A DNA stretch of 51,963 bases from IMG/VR virus record IMGVR_UViG_3300037743_000136, positions 1-51,963 of that record; one strand, 5' to 3'. The translations under genes and the position numbers were made by a program. The notes beneath the pieces were generated by a model. It had not been told where the DNA came from and searched no databases. It worked only from the letters and a program-made list of their open reading frames with translations. Numbering within the stretch: the first letter of the stretch is position 1; the number at the start of each line of letters is the position of its first letter. Origin of the DNA: a virus. Lineage: Duplodnaviria; Caudoviricetes. Shown here one piece after another: positions 18,863 through 26,749 of this stretch.

Positions 18863-19287
18863 ACAAACGACAAAAGTCGGAGATCTTCAAGTTTCTGGGC
18901 TGGGGGCCTCAATCAGCATTCGCGGTAGCGTGCTGGCTCCATGGATCCGACACCGCCTTCAGGGACGAGTCCCACCTAGAGACCCTCGCGTACCTCACAT
19001 CACTAGAGGCGGTCGGAGAGCTCGAGAGGGACGCTCAGGGGCGCTGGTGTCTCCCGCGCGAGCCCGGGAGCCCTGGGCGCCCCCGCGGGCGCGGCGCCGG
19101 CGTGCGCGACCGTACGATCCCCGTCAAGGTCACCGCCACGGAGATCAAGCGATGGAAGGCGGCGGCGAAGACCTCGGGCGAGAGCCTGTCGGGGTGGCTG
19201 CGGTCGGCGCTTGATGAGGCGGCTCAAGACACTAAGGCAAGGGCGAAGGAACTCGAGAAGTATCTCAAGAGGCGGAGGAAATCATGA
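18859..19287 (+). CDS. DNA-binding protein with C-terminal RHH
   Basis: PGRPRG...TIPVKVT..E...WKAAA...GESLSGWLRSALD. Confidence 0.65.
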   Translation: MNKRQKSEIFKFLGWGPQSAFAVACWLHGSDTAFRDESHLETLAYLTSLEAVGELERDAQGRWCLPREPGSPGRPRGRGAGVRDRTIPVKVTATEIKRWKAAAKTSGESLSGWLRSALDEAAQDTKARAKELEKYLKRRRKS

Positions 19288-19475
19288 GCGATAAACCACA
19301 CTGGATCGATGAGATGTTCGAGGAGACCGGAGAGCGAGACCTGCTCGCCGAACTCGGTCACACCCTGATTGACGGCACTCCGTGCCGGCGGCGATGGTGG
19401 ATCCGCTACAAACTGGCGCCCAAGAAGTCCGACGCTATGAAGCGCCGAGGAGATTCACCGGGCGATCTTCGATGA
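19284..19475 (+). CDS. Hypothetical protein
   Basis: GGAGG SD and ATGA coupling. Confidence 0.55.
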   Translation: MSDKPHWIDEMFEETGERDLLAELGHTLIDGTPCRRRWWIRYKLAPKKSDAMKRRGDSPGDLR

Positions 19476-19490
19476 GGCGGCGGAGGAAGT

Positions 19491-19673
19491 ATGAGTGACC
19501 CTTGGGAGACGGACTACCGCAAGCTATGGCGAGCGGCGTACGGAGCACACTTCGCTCTGAGAGCGTTTCAACTCTTGTCGCAGGGTGTTACCCCAACAAA
19601 CGAAGACTACGACGAGTTTGCCAAGGAAGCGCAAACCGTAGCGACTAAGGCCGCCGGTAGGGCGGCGGTATAG
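19491..19673 (+). CDS. Hypothetical protein
   Basis: GGAGG SD. Confidence 0.55.
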   Translation: MSDPWETDYRKLWRAAYGAHFALRAFQLLSQGVTPTNEDYDEFAKEAQTVATKAAGRAAV

Positions 19674-19684
19674 GGAGAAGACTG

Positions 19685-20227
19685 ATGGGACTCGACGTAA
19701 CAGCATTCAGCAAGATCAAACCGGCAGACCCAACGGCGATCGCCAAAGCGAGCGACGATCTCCGCGCCAAATATGGTGACGTTTACCTAGGCGACGTCGC
19801 CGACGAACTCGGCGCGGCTTGCATTCAGCCGGAGCTGCTGGACATAACCGCCTACCACTACCCCGCGCAGGTCGTAGGTCTCGAAGCAGGTGTCTACACC
19901 TACGACGGTGAGTTCTCTTGGCGGGCTGGCAGTTACGGTGGTTACAACGAGTGGCGTCGAATCCTCTGCAAGCGCGTTCTTGGGGTCGGTCCTGAAGTTG
20001 TGTGGCCGGAACTCGGGTCTTTTACGGGCCGACCGTTCGTCGAGCTGATCGCATTCTCGGACTGCGAAGGCTACATCGGCGCAACAGTGTCTGCGAAACT
20101 AGCCGCCGACTTCAGCGAGTGGCAATCTCGCATTGATGACGTCGACGAGTGGTGGTTAGGCAGTTACGCATCGTGGCGGCGAGGCTTTGAGATTGCCGCT
20201 GACGGTGGCTTCGTCTACTTCCGCTAA
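19685..20227 (+). CDS. Hypothetical phage protein
   Basis: GGGAG SD; MGLD...RAGSYGGYNEWR...FSDCEG.IG. Confidence 0.7.
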   Translation: MGLDVTAFSKIKPADPTAIAKASDDLRAKYGDVYLGDVADELGAACIQPELLDITAYHYPAQVVGLEAGVYTYDGEFSWRAGSYGGYNEWRRILCKRVLGVGPEVVWPELGSFTGRPFVELIAFSDCEGYIGATVSAKLAADFSEWQSRIDDVDEWWLGSYASWRRGFEIAADGGFVYFR

Positions 20228-22023
20228 AGCTTAGTCCGCTGCAGGGCGCGCTCGCCCCGCAAGTACGAAAGCCCCATACTAAGGCTATCTACCTGATCGT
20301 CGTGGGAGCCATTCGGAAAGACGGCGGTCTCATGGATGAAGTCATCGAGCCAGGGTGCCGCCATCGGTAGTAAGACGTTACCGCCCTCGACGATACCCAC
20401 GACCGAGAACGCACGGGACTCCTTCGAGACCCCCTTCGGATCCCAGTCCACGATCCCTGATAGATCGACCCGGAGCTCCACGATCACGTCGGAGCCCGCG
20501 GCCTTGTCCTCGATGACTAGCGTCGACGTGGGGTACTTCTTCCGAAGCTTGCGCGCCGCCGCCTTCATGTCGAGGATGTCCATCGGGGCGGTGATGTTGT
20601 CTAGGATGTATCGGTGAGGACCGCACTCCCCAAAGACCAGCATCGACGTTCTCGACCCCGTGACCGTCTTTTTCGCCGAACAGTCAACGGCAATGATGAT
20701 CCGGCGGAACGTCGGCAGTGGCTGACCGGGGTCGTAGTAGCGCCACCAGACTTTCTTGAACATCCCACCTTCCGCCGGCGCGGGTCGCTGTTGGTGCTGA
20801 CCAGCGAAGTAGTAGGAGCCTTTCGCCTTCTCCTCGGTGAGCGTCTTTCCGCCGAGCCGGGCAGGGTGAAGGAGCTCCCCGGGCTCGCGGTGGTCGTACT
20901 TCCCCAGGATGCTCGACTCGTTCCGGCAGTCCTCGCACTTACAGGCTAGCTTGTTCGAGGGCTGACCGAGCGACGGCTCGAACTCCGTCGGCAACCTGAC
21001 GTGACGCCACGTGCTCTGCGCCAGGACGTGCCCAGCCCAGTCATCTTCGTGGAGCCGCTGCATGATGCCGATGCGGAGACAGCGCTTCCGACTGTTCACC
21101 CGGTTCTCGATCGCGGTGTCCCACTTATCGTTGACACCGGTTCGGATCAGCTCGCTATTGGCTTCCTTGGCGTCGAGGGGGTCGTCGATGATGATGATGT
21201 CCGAGCCCTCGCCGGTGATCTTCTCGTTCGTCGTCGCTGAGTGTCGCTCGCCTCCGACGGAGTTCTGATAGAGCTCGATGGCGTCGATGTCCGGGCGGAT
21301 CTTCCACGCCGGATCGAAAGCTTGCTGGTACCACTCCGAAGAGATCAGGTCGCGACTCGCGCGGGCGGCCTTAGTTCTGACCTTGCCGTTGCCGGAGAGG
21401 TATCGGATCTTGATGCTTGGATCGTGGAGCCATAGCCACGCCGGAAAGAAAACGCCGCAGATTTCGGTTTTCAGACTGCGTGGGGGGACGTTGATCAGTA
21501 GATTCTTGTCATCGAGCTCGTATGTCTCTTCGTTCTCTGGATCCCGGAGCGCTTTGTCTCTGACGTCGAGAAGCTTGAAAGCTAAAAATTGAAGGTGGTC
21601 ACAGATCGTTTTGAGGTGCCAGTTCCAGCTGAGTGGCTCGCCTGGGTGGATCGTCTCCCATGCCTGGCGCACGAACTCGTGCAGCGCTTTCTTCGCCTCC
21701 GGTCCACGCCGCTTCGCCTTGGCTTTTTTGATGCGCTCGAGTCGGTCGGCGAGTTTCCTCAGCTTCGCCGCCTGGATTCTCTCGAGTCTGGCCTCGAGGC
21801 TGTCTGATCGCTTCTGGGAGAGCGGGACTACGGGAGGGTATTGTTTCCCGGTAGTGTGTGAGTCTGGCAGCTCACTGTCGTTGACGGCGCTCCACCTCAG
21901 CTCAGAGAGCCACACTTGCTGGTCTTCATGATCTAAACCTTCCCAGTTCTCAGGAAACTTTAGCGGAGGGCAGATCGGGCATGAGCCGACCTTCGCAACA
22001 AGTAGTTTGTGTGTGCAGCTCAA
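20224..22023 (-). CDS. terL: Terminase large subunit
   Basis: INVPPRSLKT, IIIDDP, MQRLHEDD, QQRP, IEDKAAG, FPNGSHDDQVD. Confidence 0.95.
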   Translation of the reverse strand: MSCTHKLLVAKVGSCPICPPLKFPENWEGLDHEDQQVWLSELRWSAVNDSELPDSHTTGKQYPPVVPLSQKRSDSLEARLERIQAAKLRKLADRLERIKKAKAKRRGPEAKKALHEFVRQAWETIHPGEPLSWNWHLKTICDHLQFLAFKLLDVRDKALRDPENEETYELDDKNLLINVPPRSLKTEICGVFFPAWLWLHDPSIKIRYLSGNGKVRTKAARASRDLISSEWYQQAFDPAWKIRPDIDAIELYQNSVGGERHSATTNEKITGEGSDIIIIDDPLDAKEANSELIRTGVNDKWDTAIENRVNSRKRCLRIGIMQRLHEDDWAGHVLAQSTWRHVRLPTEFEPSLGQPSNKLACKCEDCRNESSILGKYDHREPGELLHPARLGGKTLTEEKAKGSYYFAGQHQQRPAPAEGGMFKKVWWRYYDPGQPLPTFRRIIIAVDCSAKKTVTGSRTSMLVFGECGPHRYILDNITAPMDILDMKAAARKLRKKYPTSTLVIEDKAAGSDVIVELRVDLSGIVDWDPKGVSKESRAFSVVGIVEGGNVLLPMAAPWLDDFIHETAVFPNGSHDDQVDSLSMGLSYLRGERALQRTKL

Positions 22024-22535
22024 TCGAGCGACTCCAGGAACGCGGCATTCTCTGGCGCAGTCTCTTGGAGGTACTTCATGATGCGGACAAAATTACCGAC
22101 AACCTTGATCTTGGTGTCGCCAAGGTATCCGACCATCAGGTTGCACCTGTAGCAGAGTATGCCTCGTATATCAGATAACGATATCCGAGGACCTTTATGG
22201 TCATGATCAGTTGCCCAAGACTTGTTTTTTCTACCAGACTCGGTCTTTTTGCAAAGGGCACACCTTCTCCCCTGCTTCTCGAATAGCTTCTTCCAAGCGT
22301 GTGGTGTAAGCCCGTACCTATTGAGTGCCGTTAATTCTGGCGTCCCTTCGATCCGCGCGGCTTCCAATTCGGCATCGAGTCGCTTCCTATTGGCGCGACG
22401 CTCTTCAGTCAACCTTCTTCGCTCGTCTCTTTCGGCCTGGGTCAGGCTCGGTTCCCTGGGGCTACATTTCAGGCAATTCCGGCGATTCCCGTGCTCCTTG
22501 CTGATGTCCGCCCCGCATTGGTTACATGCCCTCAA
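22020..22535 (-). CDS. Endonuclease VII-family (homing-type) nuclease
   Basis: RYGLT...QGRRCALC...TDHDH...RGILCYRCN; N-terminal CxxC...CxxC. Confidence 0.85.
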   Translation of the reverse strand: MRACNQCGADISKEHGNRRNCLKCSPREPSLTQAERDERRRLTEERRANRKRLDAELEAARIEGTPELTALNRYGLTPHAWKKLFEKQGRRCALCKKTESGRKNKSWATDHDHKGPRISLSDIRGILCYRCNLMVGYLGDTKIKVVGNFVRIMKYLQETAPENAAFLESLD

Positions 22536-22701
22536 GTCCCAACGCCTTTCTAACCAGATCAGAAATGCTCATTCTGTGAGCTCGAGCCGTTTCACGCACC
22601 GACTCCAACTCGTCAGATGTCATTCGGATTCGGAGAACCTCTTGTCGCGGTTCGCCCGCCACACAAGGTCTCCCAGCTCCTGCTCTTGCACCGCCTCGCA
22701 T
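22522..22701 (-). CDS. RHH DNA-binding protein, paralog of 17669..17866 (not in ORF track)
   Basis: Read manually: MRGGARAGAGRPCVAGEPRQEVLRIRMTSDELESVRETARAHRMSISDLVRKALGLEGM. Confidence 0.8.
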   Translation of the reverse strand: MRGGARAGAGRPCVAGEPRQEVLRIRMTSDELESVRETARAHRMSISDLVRKALGLEGM

Positions 22702-22703
22702 CT

Positions 22704-22934
22704 CTATTTAACGCCCTGGCGACCAAGAGTATTCCGTTGCCACGGAAACAAAGATTTCTGACTGATCGATCGGTGTGGGTACAGATTCTTACACCGATCT
22801 GATCGATCGTCGGCGTTCGTTGCGCGCCTGGGGGGCCCACCCCCCACCCCCGGGTCCGCCGCCGCGATCGGGGGGGGTGGGCAGATCGGGCACGAGCCGA
22901 CCTTCCTCACTAGCAGCGCGTGTGTGCAGCCCAC
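22704..22934 (-). pseudogene. Orphan copy of the terL 5' end
   Basis: MGCTHALLVRKVGSCPICPP versus TerL MSCTHKLLVAKVGSCPICPP, then diverges. Confidence 0.6.
22710..22735 (-). promoter_or_regulatory. ECF-sigma-type promoter (GGAAT-N18-GTT)
   Basis: Ends 8 nt before ATG 22701. Confidence 0.65.
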
Positions 22935-23590
22935 TACGGCCTTGCTTCCTTCGCTCGTCGCCTCGCCATGGACACGCTACACCCGAGCTCGTCGGCGATA
23001 GTCTTCCAACTGCACCCTTGCTGACGCATGTCGCGCACGTCGTCGGCGCTAGGACCCTTACCCTTAGGCCTCCCTAGCGTCTTTCCTTTGGCCCTAGCCC
23101 TCTCGAGCCCCAACATGGTGCGCTCACGTATCAGATCGCGCTCGAACTCCGCCACAGCAGCTAGCACCCCCAGGAGAAGCCTTGACATGGCATCACCGCC
23201 CGGCTTGACGTCGAGCCCCTGTGTGACGGCGACGAAGCGAACGCCGGCGCTGGCGAGCGCCTCGATGTTGGCGAGGACGTCGAGCGAGCTGCGCCCGAAG
23301 CGATCGAGCTTCCACACCGCCACGGCGTCGATTTCACCCTTCCTAGCGGACTCAAGGACTCGTTGTAGCCCCGGACGGCCGTTCCACGCCCCGCTGGCGG
23401 TCTCCGTAACGTCGAGCGCTACGGAGCCTCCCTGTCGCTCTGCCCAGCCCTCGAGCTCCTTGCGCGCTAGCGTCGGGTCCTGGTCGAGCGTCGAGACGCG
23501 GTGGTAGATCCCGACGCGAAGCCCTGTCGAAATCGGGGCGTCAGAGACGCTAAAGCTAAGCGTGCGAGAAGTAGGGATTGAGTTGCGCAT
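22934..23590 (-). CDS. Small serine recombinase (resolvase/invertase) with C-terminal HTH
   Basis: YHRVST.DQ, SGA..RPGL, VWKLDRFGRS, AEFER.LIRER, LGRP. Confidence 0.92.
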   Translation of the reverse strand: MRNSIPTSRTLSFSVSDAPISTGLRVGIYHRVSTLDQDPTLARKELEGWAERQGGSVALDVTETASGAWNGRPGLQRVLESARKGEIDAVAVWKLDRFGRSSLDVLANIEALASAGVRFVAVTQGLDVKPGGDAMSRLLLGVLAAVAEFERDLIRERTMLGLERARAKGKTLGRPKGKGPSADDVRDMRQQGCSWKTIADELGCSVSMARRRAKEARP

Positions 23591-23625
23591 GGATCGAGTA
23601 TGCTGGAACCAACCGTTATCGGCAA
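23591..23625 (-). promoter_or_regulatory. Sigma70-like leaderless promoter of the recombinase
   Basis: TTGCCG-N17-CATACT-6 nt-ATG. Confidence 0.5.
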
Positions 23626-23629
23626 CCCC

Positions 23630-24121
23630 TCAAGACTTCCGCTTCGCCTTCTTTTTGGCGAAGGCGATGTCTCGGTTGCGCTGCTTCTCGGCGGCCTCGA
23701 GGTCGGCGAGCGTTAGGGTCCTCGGCGCGGGCAGAGACTTCGGCTCTTCGATGATCTCGACGTCGATGATCTCCCCTGAGAGCTGCGCGCGGGCGAGCGC
23801 TTCCTCCGCCTCGAGTTCCTCGAGGGTGAGGCCATCGAACTCGGCGTCGACCTGGGCGACCTCGATGACCTGGGCAGGCTTCTTGAAGCCCCGCTCGGCG
23901 AGCCACGTGGCGGCGGCGACTCGGATCTGCTCGGAGTGCGACTCGAAGACGAGTCGGTTCATCTCCATCACTAGTGCGTGCTGATCCGTGTATTTGCGGA
24001 TTGTCTCGGCCAGCGAGGTCGTGGAGCGGGGGCGGCCGCGGGGGTTCGGCGAGGGTCCGCCCTTGCGCCAGGCAGGGTTCCCCATGGGCTTAGGTGCCCG
24101 TTTTTGTTCATGATCAGACAA
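23630..24121 (-). CDS. terS: Terminase small subunit (DUF5681-like N-terminus); start uncertain
   Basis: WRKGGPSPNPRGRP, WLAERGF.KP, LTLEEL; upstream of terL. Confidence 0.75.
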   Translation of the reverse strand: MSDHEQKRAPKPMGNPAWRKGGPSPNPRGRPRSTTSLAETIRKYTDQHALVMEMNRLVFESHSEQIRVAAATWLAERGFKKPAQVIEVAQVDAEFDGLTLEELEAEEALARAQLSGEIIDVEIIEEPKSLPAPRTLTLADLEAAEKQRNRDIAFAKKKAKRKS

Positions 24122-24139
24122 CGTTGGACAAAGTCTAAC

Positions 24140-24219
24140 ACCGAATGATCATTCGGTAAATGCGGTCTGACCACTCAGGCCCGTTGTCGAACGGTCATTC
24201 GGTAATTGTGGTCAGACCA
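24140..24219. repeat. 18-bp palindrome plus 25-bp direct repeat upstream of terS
   Basis: ACCGAATGATCATTCGGT at 24140-24157; 24149-24173 versus 24195-24219 match at 22/25. Confidence 0.8.
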
Positions 24220-24358
24220 ATTGGGCGTACGATAGACAGAGTCTAAACGTATTACGCGAAAGTGCATTCGGCGTGTAATACGTGGTAGGAGAGGTTTTCT
24301 GACGCCGAACGGAAAAAATCAGCCCTAGTGTAACCTGGCTTACATAAAGGTATGAACC

Positions 24359-24675
24359 GGAATGAAGACAAAAGGCGAATCGCCCAACCTTGCGGTATTA
24401 TTGGGAAATCAGCGTTTGTCTTCATTCCCGGCAAAAAAGGGCGATTGGACCTAAGTTCAGGTAACCATTAACTTCTCTTCATTCCCGCTCGAAATTGAAA
24501 ACGCTCGTCAAATACCTCGTCATACGGTCGCCTTCATTCCCGGGCAGGGTATGAAGATTCGCCTTTAATAACGTGAGTTTAACTGTCTTCATTCCCGACC
24601 CTATCTTCGTTCCGGGAATGAAGGCCTGTCTTCATTCCCCCACCCCCACCCTTATAGGGTGGGTGGAATGGAGAC
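24359..24675. repeat. Iteron-like array of about 10 GTCTTCATTCCCG-type repeats in both orientations; candidate origin
   Basis: Copies at 24359, 24418, 24475, 24530, 24548, 24585, 24603, 24613, 24628 and 24665; locally AT-rich non-coding DNA. Confidence 0.8.
24570..24595 (-). promoter_or_regulatory. ECF-sigma-type promoter facing terS
   Basis: GGAAT-N18-GTT whose -35 element is one array repeat. Confidence 0.45.
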
Positions 24676-24778
24676 GATCGAAGAGGATTGAGACCACGAT
24701 CAGGTAAGAAATTTTTCACCACAGGTTTATTTTCGTGCGCGTCGGAATTTTCTCTGACCGTATTTCGTTTTCCTGGTC

Positions 24779-25030
24779 ATGCTCACTGACACTGACATAG
24801 CGATACTCGAGACCCTCGAAGATGCTCTATGGCTCCGCTACCCAGACAAGCGAAAGATGACGCAGGCCGCCATTAGGGCTAGCGTTCACGGGAATCAGGA
24901 GCGGGTAAACGTCGCACTGCATGACCTCTGCCGTCGCGGGCTGGTCGCTCGGAAGATGCGTGGCATCAAACCCATGGGCTGGGTGATCACCGAAGCCGGA
25001 CTCAAGTCGACCGTCTCACCAGTCGCCTGA
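24779..25030 (+). CDS. Stand-alone winged-helix protein, paralog of the primase-helicase C-terminus
   Basis: 40/67 identical, ungapped, to the C-terminal domain of 50525..51963. Confidence 0.8.
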   Translation: MLTDTDIAILETLEDALWLRYPDKRKMTQAAIRASVHGNQERVNVALHDLCRRGLVARKMRGIKPMGWVITEAGLKSTVSPVA

Positions 25031-25111
25031 AGCCCTGAGCGCCCCCGTAACGCAAGCGCGCCCGACCCCTTCCGAGGACCGGGCGCGAGCGCCGAACGTG
25101 CTTAGGAGCGA

Positions 25112-25438
25112 CTAGGCGGCCTTGACGGGTCGCCAGTTGGCAACATCCTTCACCGCCACCCGAACCACCTGCCCCCGAGGACCAGTGAACCCGATCTCCG
25201 TGTTGTGGTTGATGCGGTCGAAGCCCCACCGGTATTTTGTCGCCGCCTCTTCCGCGTGCCCGTCCACGTCCGGGACCCAACCCTTCCACACGATCATCTC
25301 GATCCCCTTCGGTGTCACCCAGCGAGTTCCGGGCGTCATCTGTACGGCGACGGCTCCGGCCGGGGAGGCTGCAAGCTTCGCCTGACGCTCGGCGTAGGTG
25401 TTGGCGGTCTCGAGGGCGGCGGTGTTCGTGTTGTTCAT
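25112..25438 (-). CDS. Hypothetical protein (leaderless)
   Basis: ATG 7 nt after TATACT. Confidence 0.7.
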   Translation of the reverse strand: MNNTNTAALETANTYAERQAKLAASPAGAVAVQMTPGTRWVTPKGIEMIVWKGWVPDVDGHAEEAATKYRWGFDRINHNTEIGFTGPRGQVVRVAVKDVANWRPVKAA

Positions 25439-25473
25439 AATTCTCAGTATACCTGGTAAATCAGGCAGCGCAA
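25439..25473 (-). promoter_or_regulatory. Sigma70-like leaderless promoter
   Basis: TTGCGC-N16-TATACT-gagaatt-ATG. Confidence 0.7.
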
Positions 25474-25604
25474 GAGGAATCGTCAGAAAACTTTCTCGCC
25501 CTCAGGTTACGGGTATTGTCGTCTGACGTCCCGGGGCTCCACTCTAGGATAGCAGCAGCCCAGAAGTCATCGTCGGTCTCGTCGTGGCGTTTGTCGTCGT
25601 CCAT
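25461..25604 (-). CDS. Small acidic hypothetical protein (47 aa)
   Basis: GGGAG SD; MDDDKRHDETDDDFWAAAILEW...; its 3' end overlaps a promoter. Confidence 0.45.
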   Translation of the reverse strand: MDDDKRHDETDDDFWAAAILEWSPGTSDDNTRNLRARKFSDDSSCAA

Positions 25605-25613
25605 GGCGGCTCC

Positions 25614-25871
25614 CTACGGGTTCGGGTGCTGGAACGAGCCCTGACCGTGAAAATCGGCGTACTCGTCGATCAGACCGAGGCGGTGCGCGAGATTGATTCC
25701 GTGAGAGTCACCGACGCCGCGGAAGTGATCGATTGCGGTCAGGTAGCCAGCGGTGAAATCGGCGGTGTGAGAGCGCTCGAGCTCGGCGCGAGGCTGAACG
25801 CGATCCCTGTCGATCGCCTTCATGCCACAGATGAAACCGCCCCGGAACGCTGTGCTGTTCGTGTTGTCCAT
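25614..25871 (-). CDS. Hypothetical protein (leaderless)
   Basis: ATG 7 nt after TATACT. Confidence 0.65.
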   Translation of the reverse strand: MDNTNSTAFRGGFICGMKAIDRDRVQPRAELERSHTADFTAGYLTAIDHFRGVGDSHGINLAHRLGLIDEYADFHGQGSFQHPNP

Positions 25872-25906
25872 GTTTCTCAGTATACCCACTAATTCAGGGA
25901 GCGCAA
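25872..25906 (-). promoter_or_regulatory. Sigma70-like leaderless promoter
   Basis: TTGCGC-N16-TATACT-gagaaac-ATG. Confidence 0.7.
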
Positions 25907-26062
25907 GGGGAATCCGTCAGAAAACGACCCCGGGTCCGATTTTCTTCCGAATCGGAAAAAACGGTCAGAAAACCCTTGCAAACGGAGGGAGGACTGTCGT
26001 ACGTTGCTTAGACCGCCTCGTACCAGGTTCACCTGACAATCCACACCGGAGAAGTTTCTGAC

Positions 26063-26749
26063 ATGATGGTCATCACGAGAAAGACTCTCGAAACCCTGCT
26101 CAAACGTTCATGCCCGTCGAAAGACGACACGCGGCGGCATCTCATGGCGCTCCGCTTCGAGGGCAGCTCCTGTGTTTCGACCGACGGTCACCGAATCCAC
26201 GTGCTCCCGGTCGCCTGCGACGGTGAGATCACCGCTAACGTCCCTGTGTGGGCGATTCAGGCGGCTCTGGCTGCCCTCGATAAGGATCAGGCGCCGATCG
26301 GTATCACCGCTCTCGCGGGCAAGATTGCGATCGACTTCCCCGGCCGCGACGGGAAGAACACGATCCGCACCCACGGCGACAGCTTCCCTCCCTGGCAGCA
26401 AGTCACCTCGAGCGGCGCGCCCGAGGCGACACTCGCCGGGAAGATCAGCGGGCTCCTGAAGCTCGCCCGAGGCATAAAGGCGGAAGCGATCGTGTTCGTC
26501 GGGCAGGGTAACTGCAAGGTCGCCGTCTTCGCTGAGGGCGACCCTGGAAATGTCGTCGTGGTCCTCGAGTGTGATCAGAGTTGGTCCGGCAGAGTCGGAC
26601 TCAATCCTCGATACCTGGTTGACGGTCTCATGGCGCTCAAGTCCACCGGATCGACCGAGTGCACCCTCGATGTCCACGGCGAGCTCGAGCCTGTCAAGCT
26701 CGAGGGCAACAGCGGCGGGGTGGTCGTCATCATGCCCCGGAGAGTCTGA
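26063..26749 (+). CDS. Beta sliding-clamp-like protein (two domains, 228 aa)
   Basis: VSTDGHRI, FPPWQQV, GLNPRYL.DGL, VIMPRRV match DnaN domain II-III motifs. Confidence 0.8.
   Translation: MMVITRKTLETLLKRSCPSKDDTRRHLMALRFEGSSCVSTDGHRIHVLPVACDGEITANVPVWAIQAALAALDKDQAPIGITALAGKIAIDFPGRDGKNTIRTHGDSFPPWQQVTSSGAPEATLAGKISGLLKLARGIKAEAIVFVGQGNCKVAVFAEGDPGNVVVVLECDQSWSGRVGLNPRYLVDGLMALKSTGSTECTLDVHGELEPVKLEGNSGGVVVIMPRRV

Noticed and set aside
24359-24675. Mini-CRISPR array
   Set aside because: Repeats are only about 13 bp, occur in both orientations and overlap irregularly; no cas genes are present.
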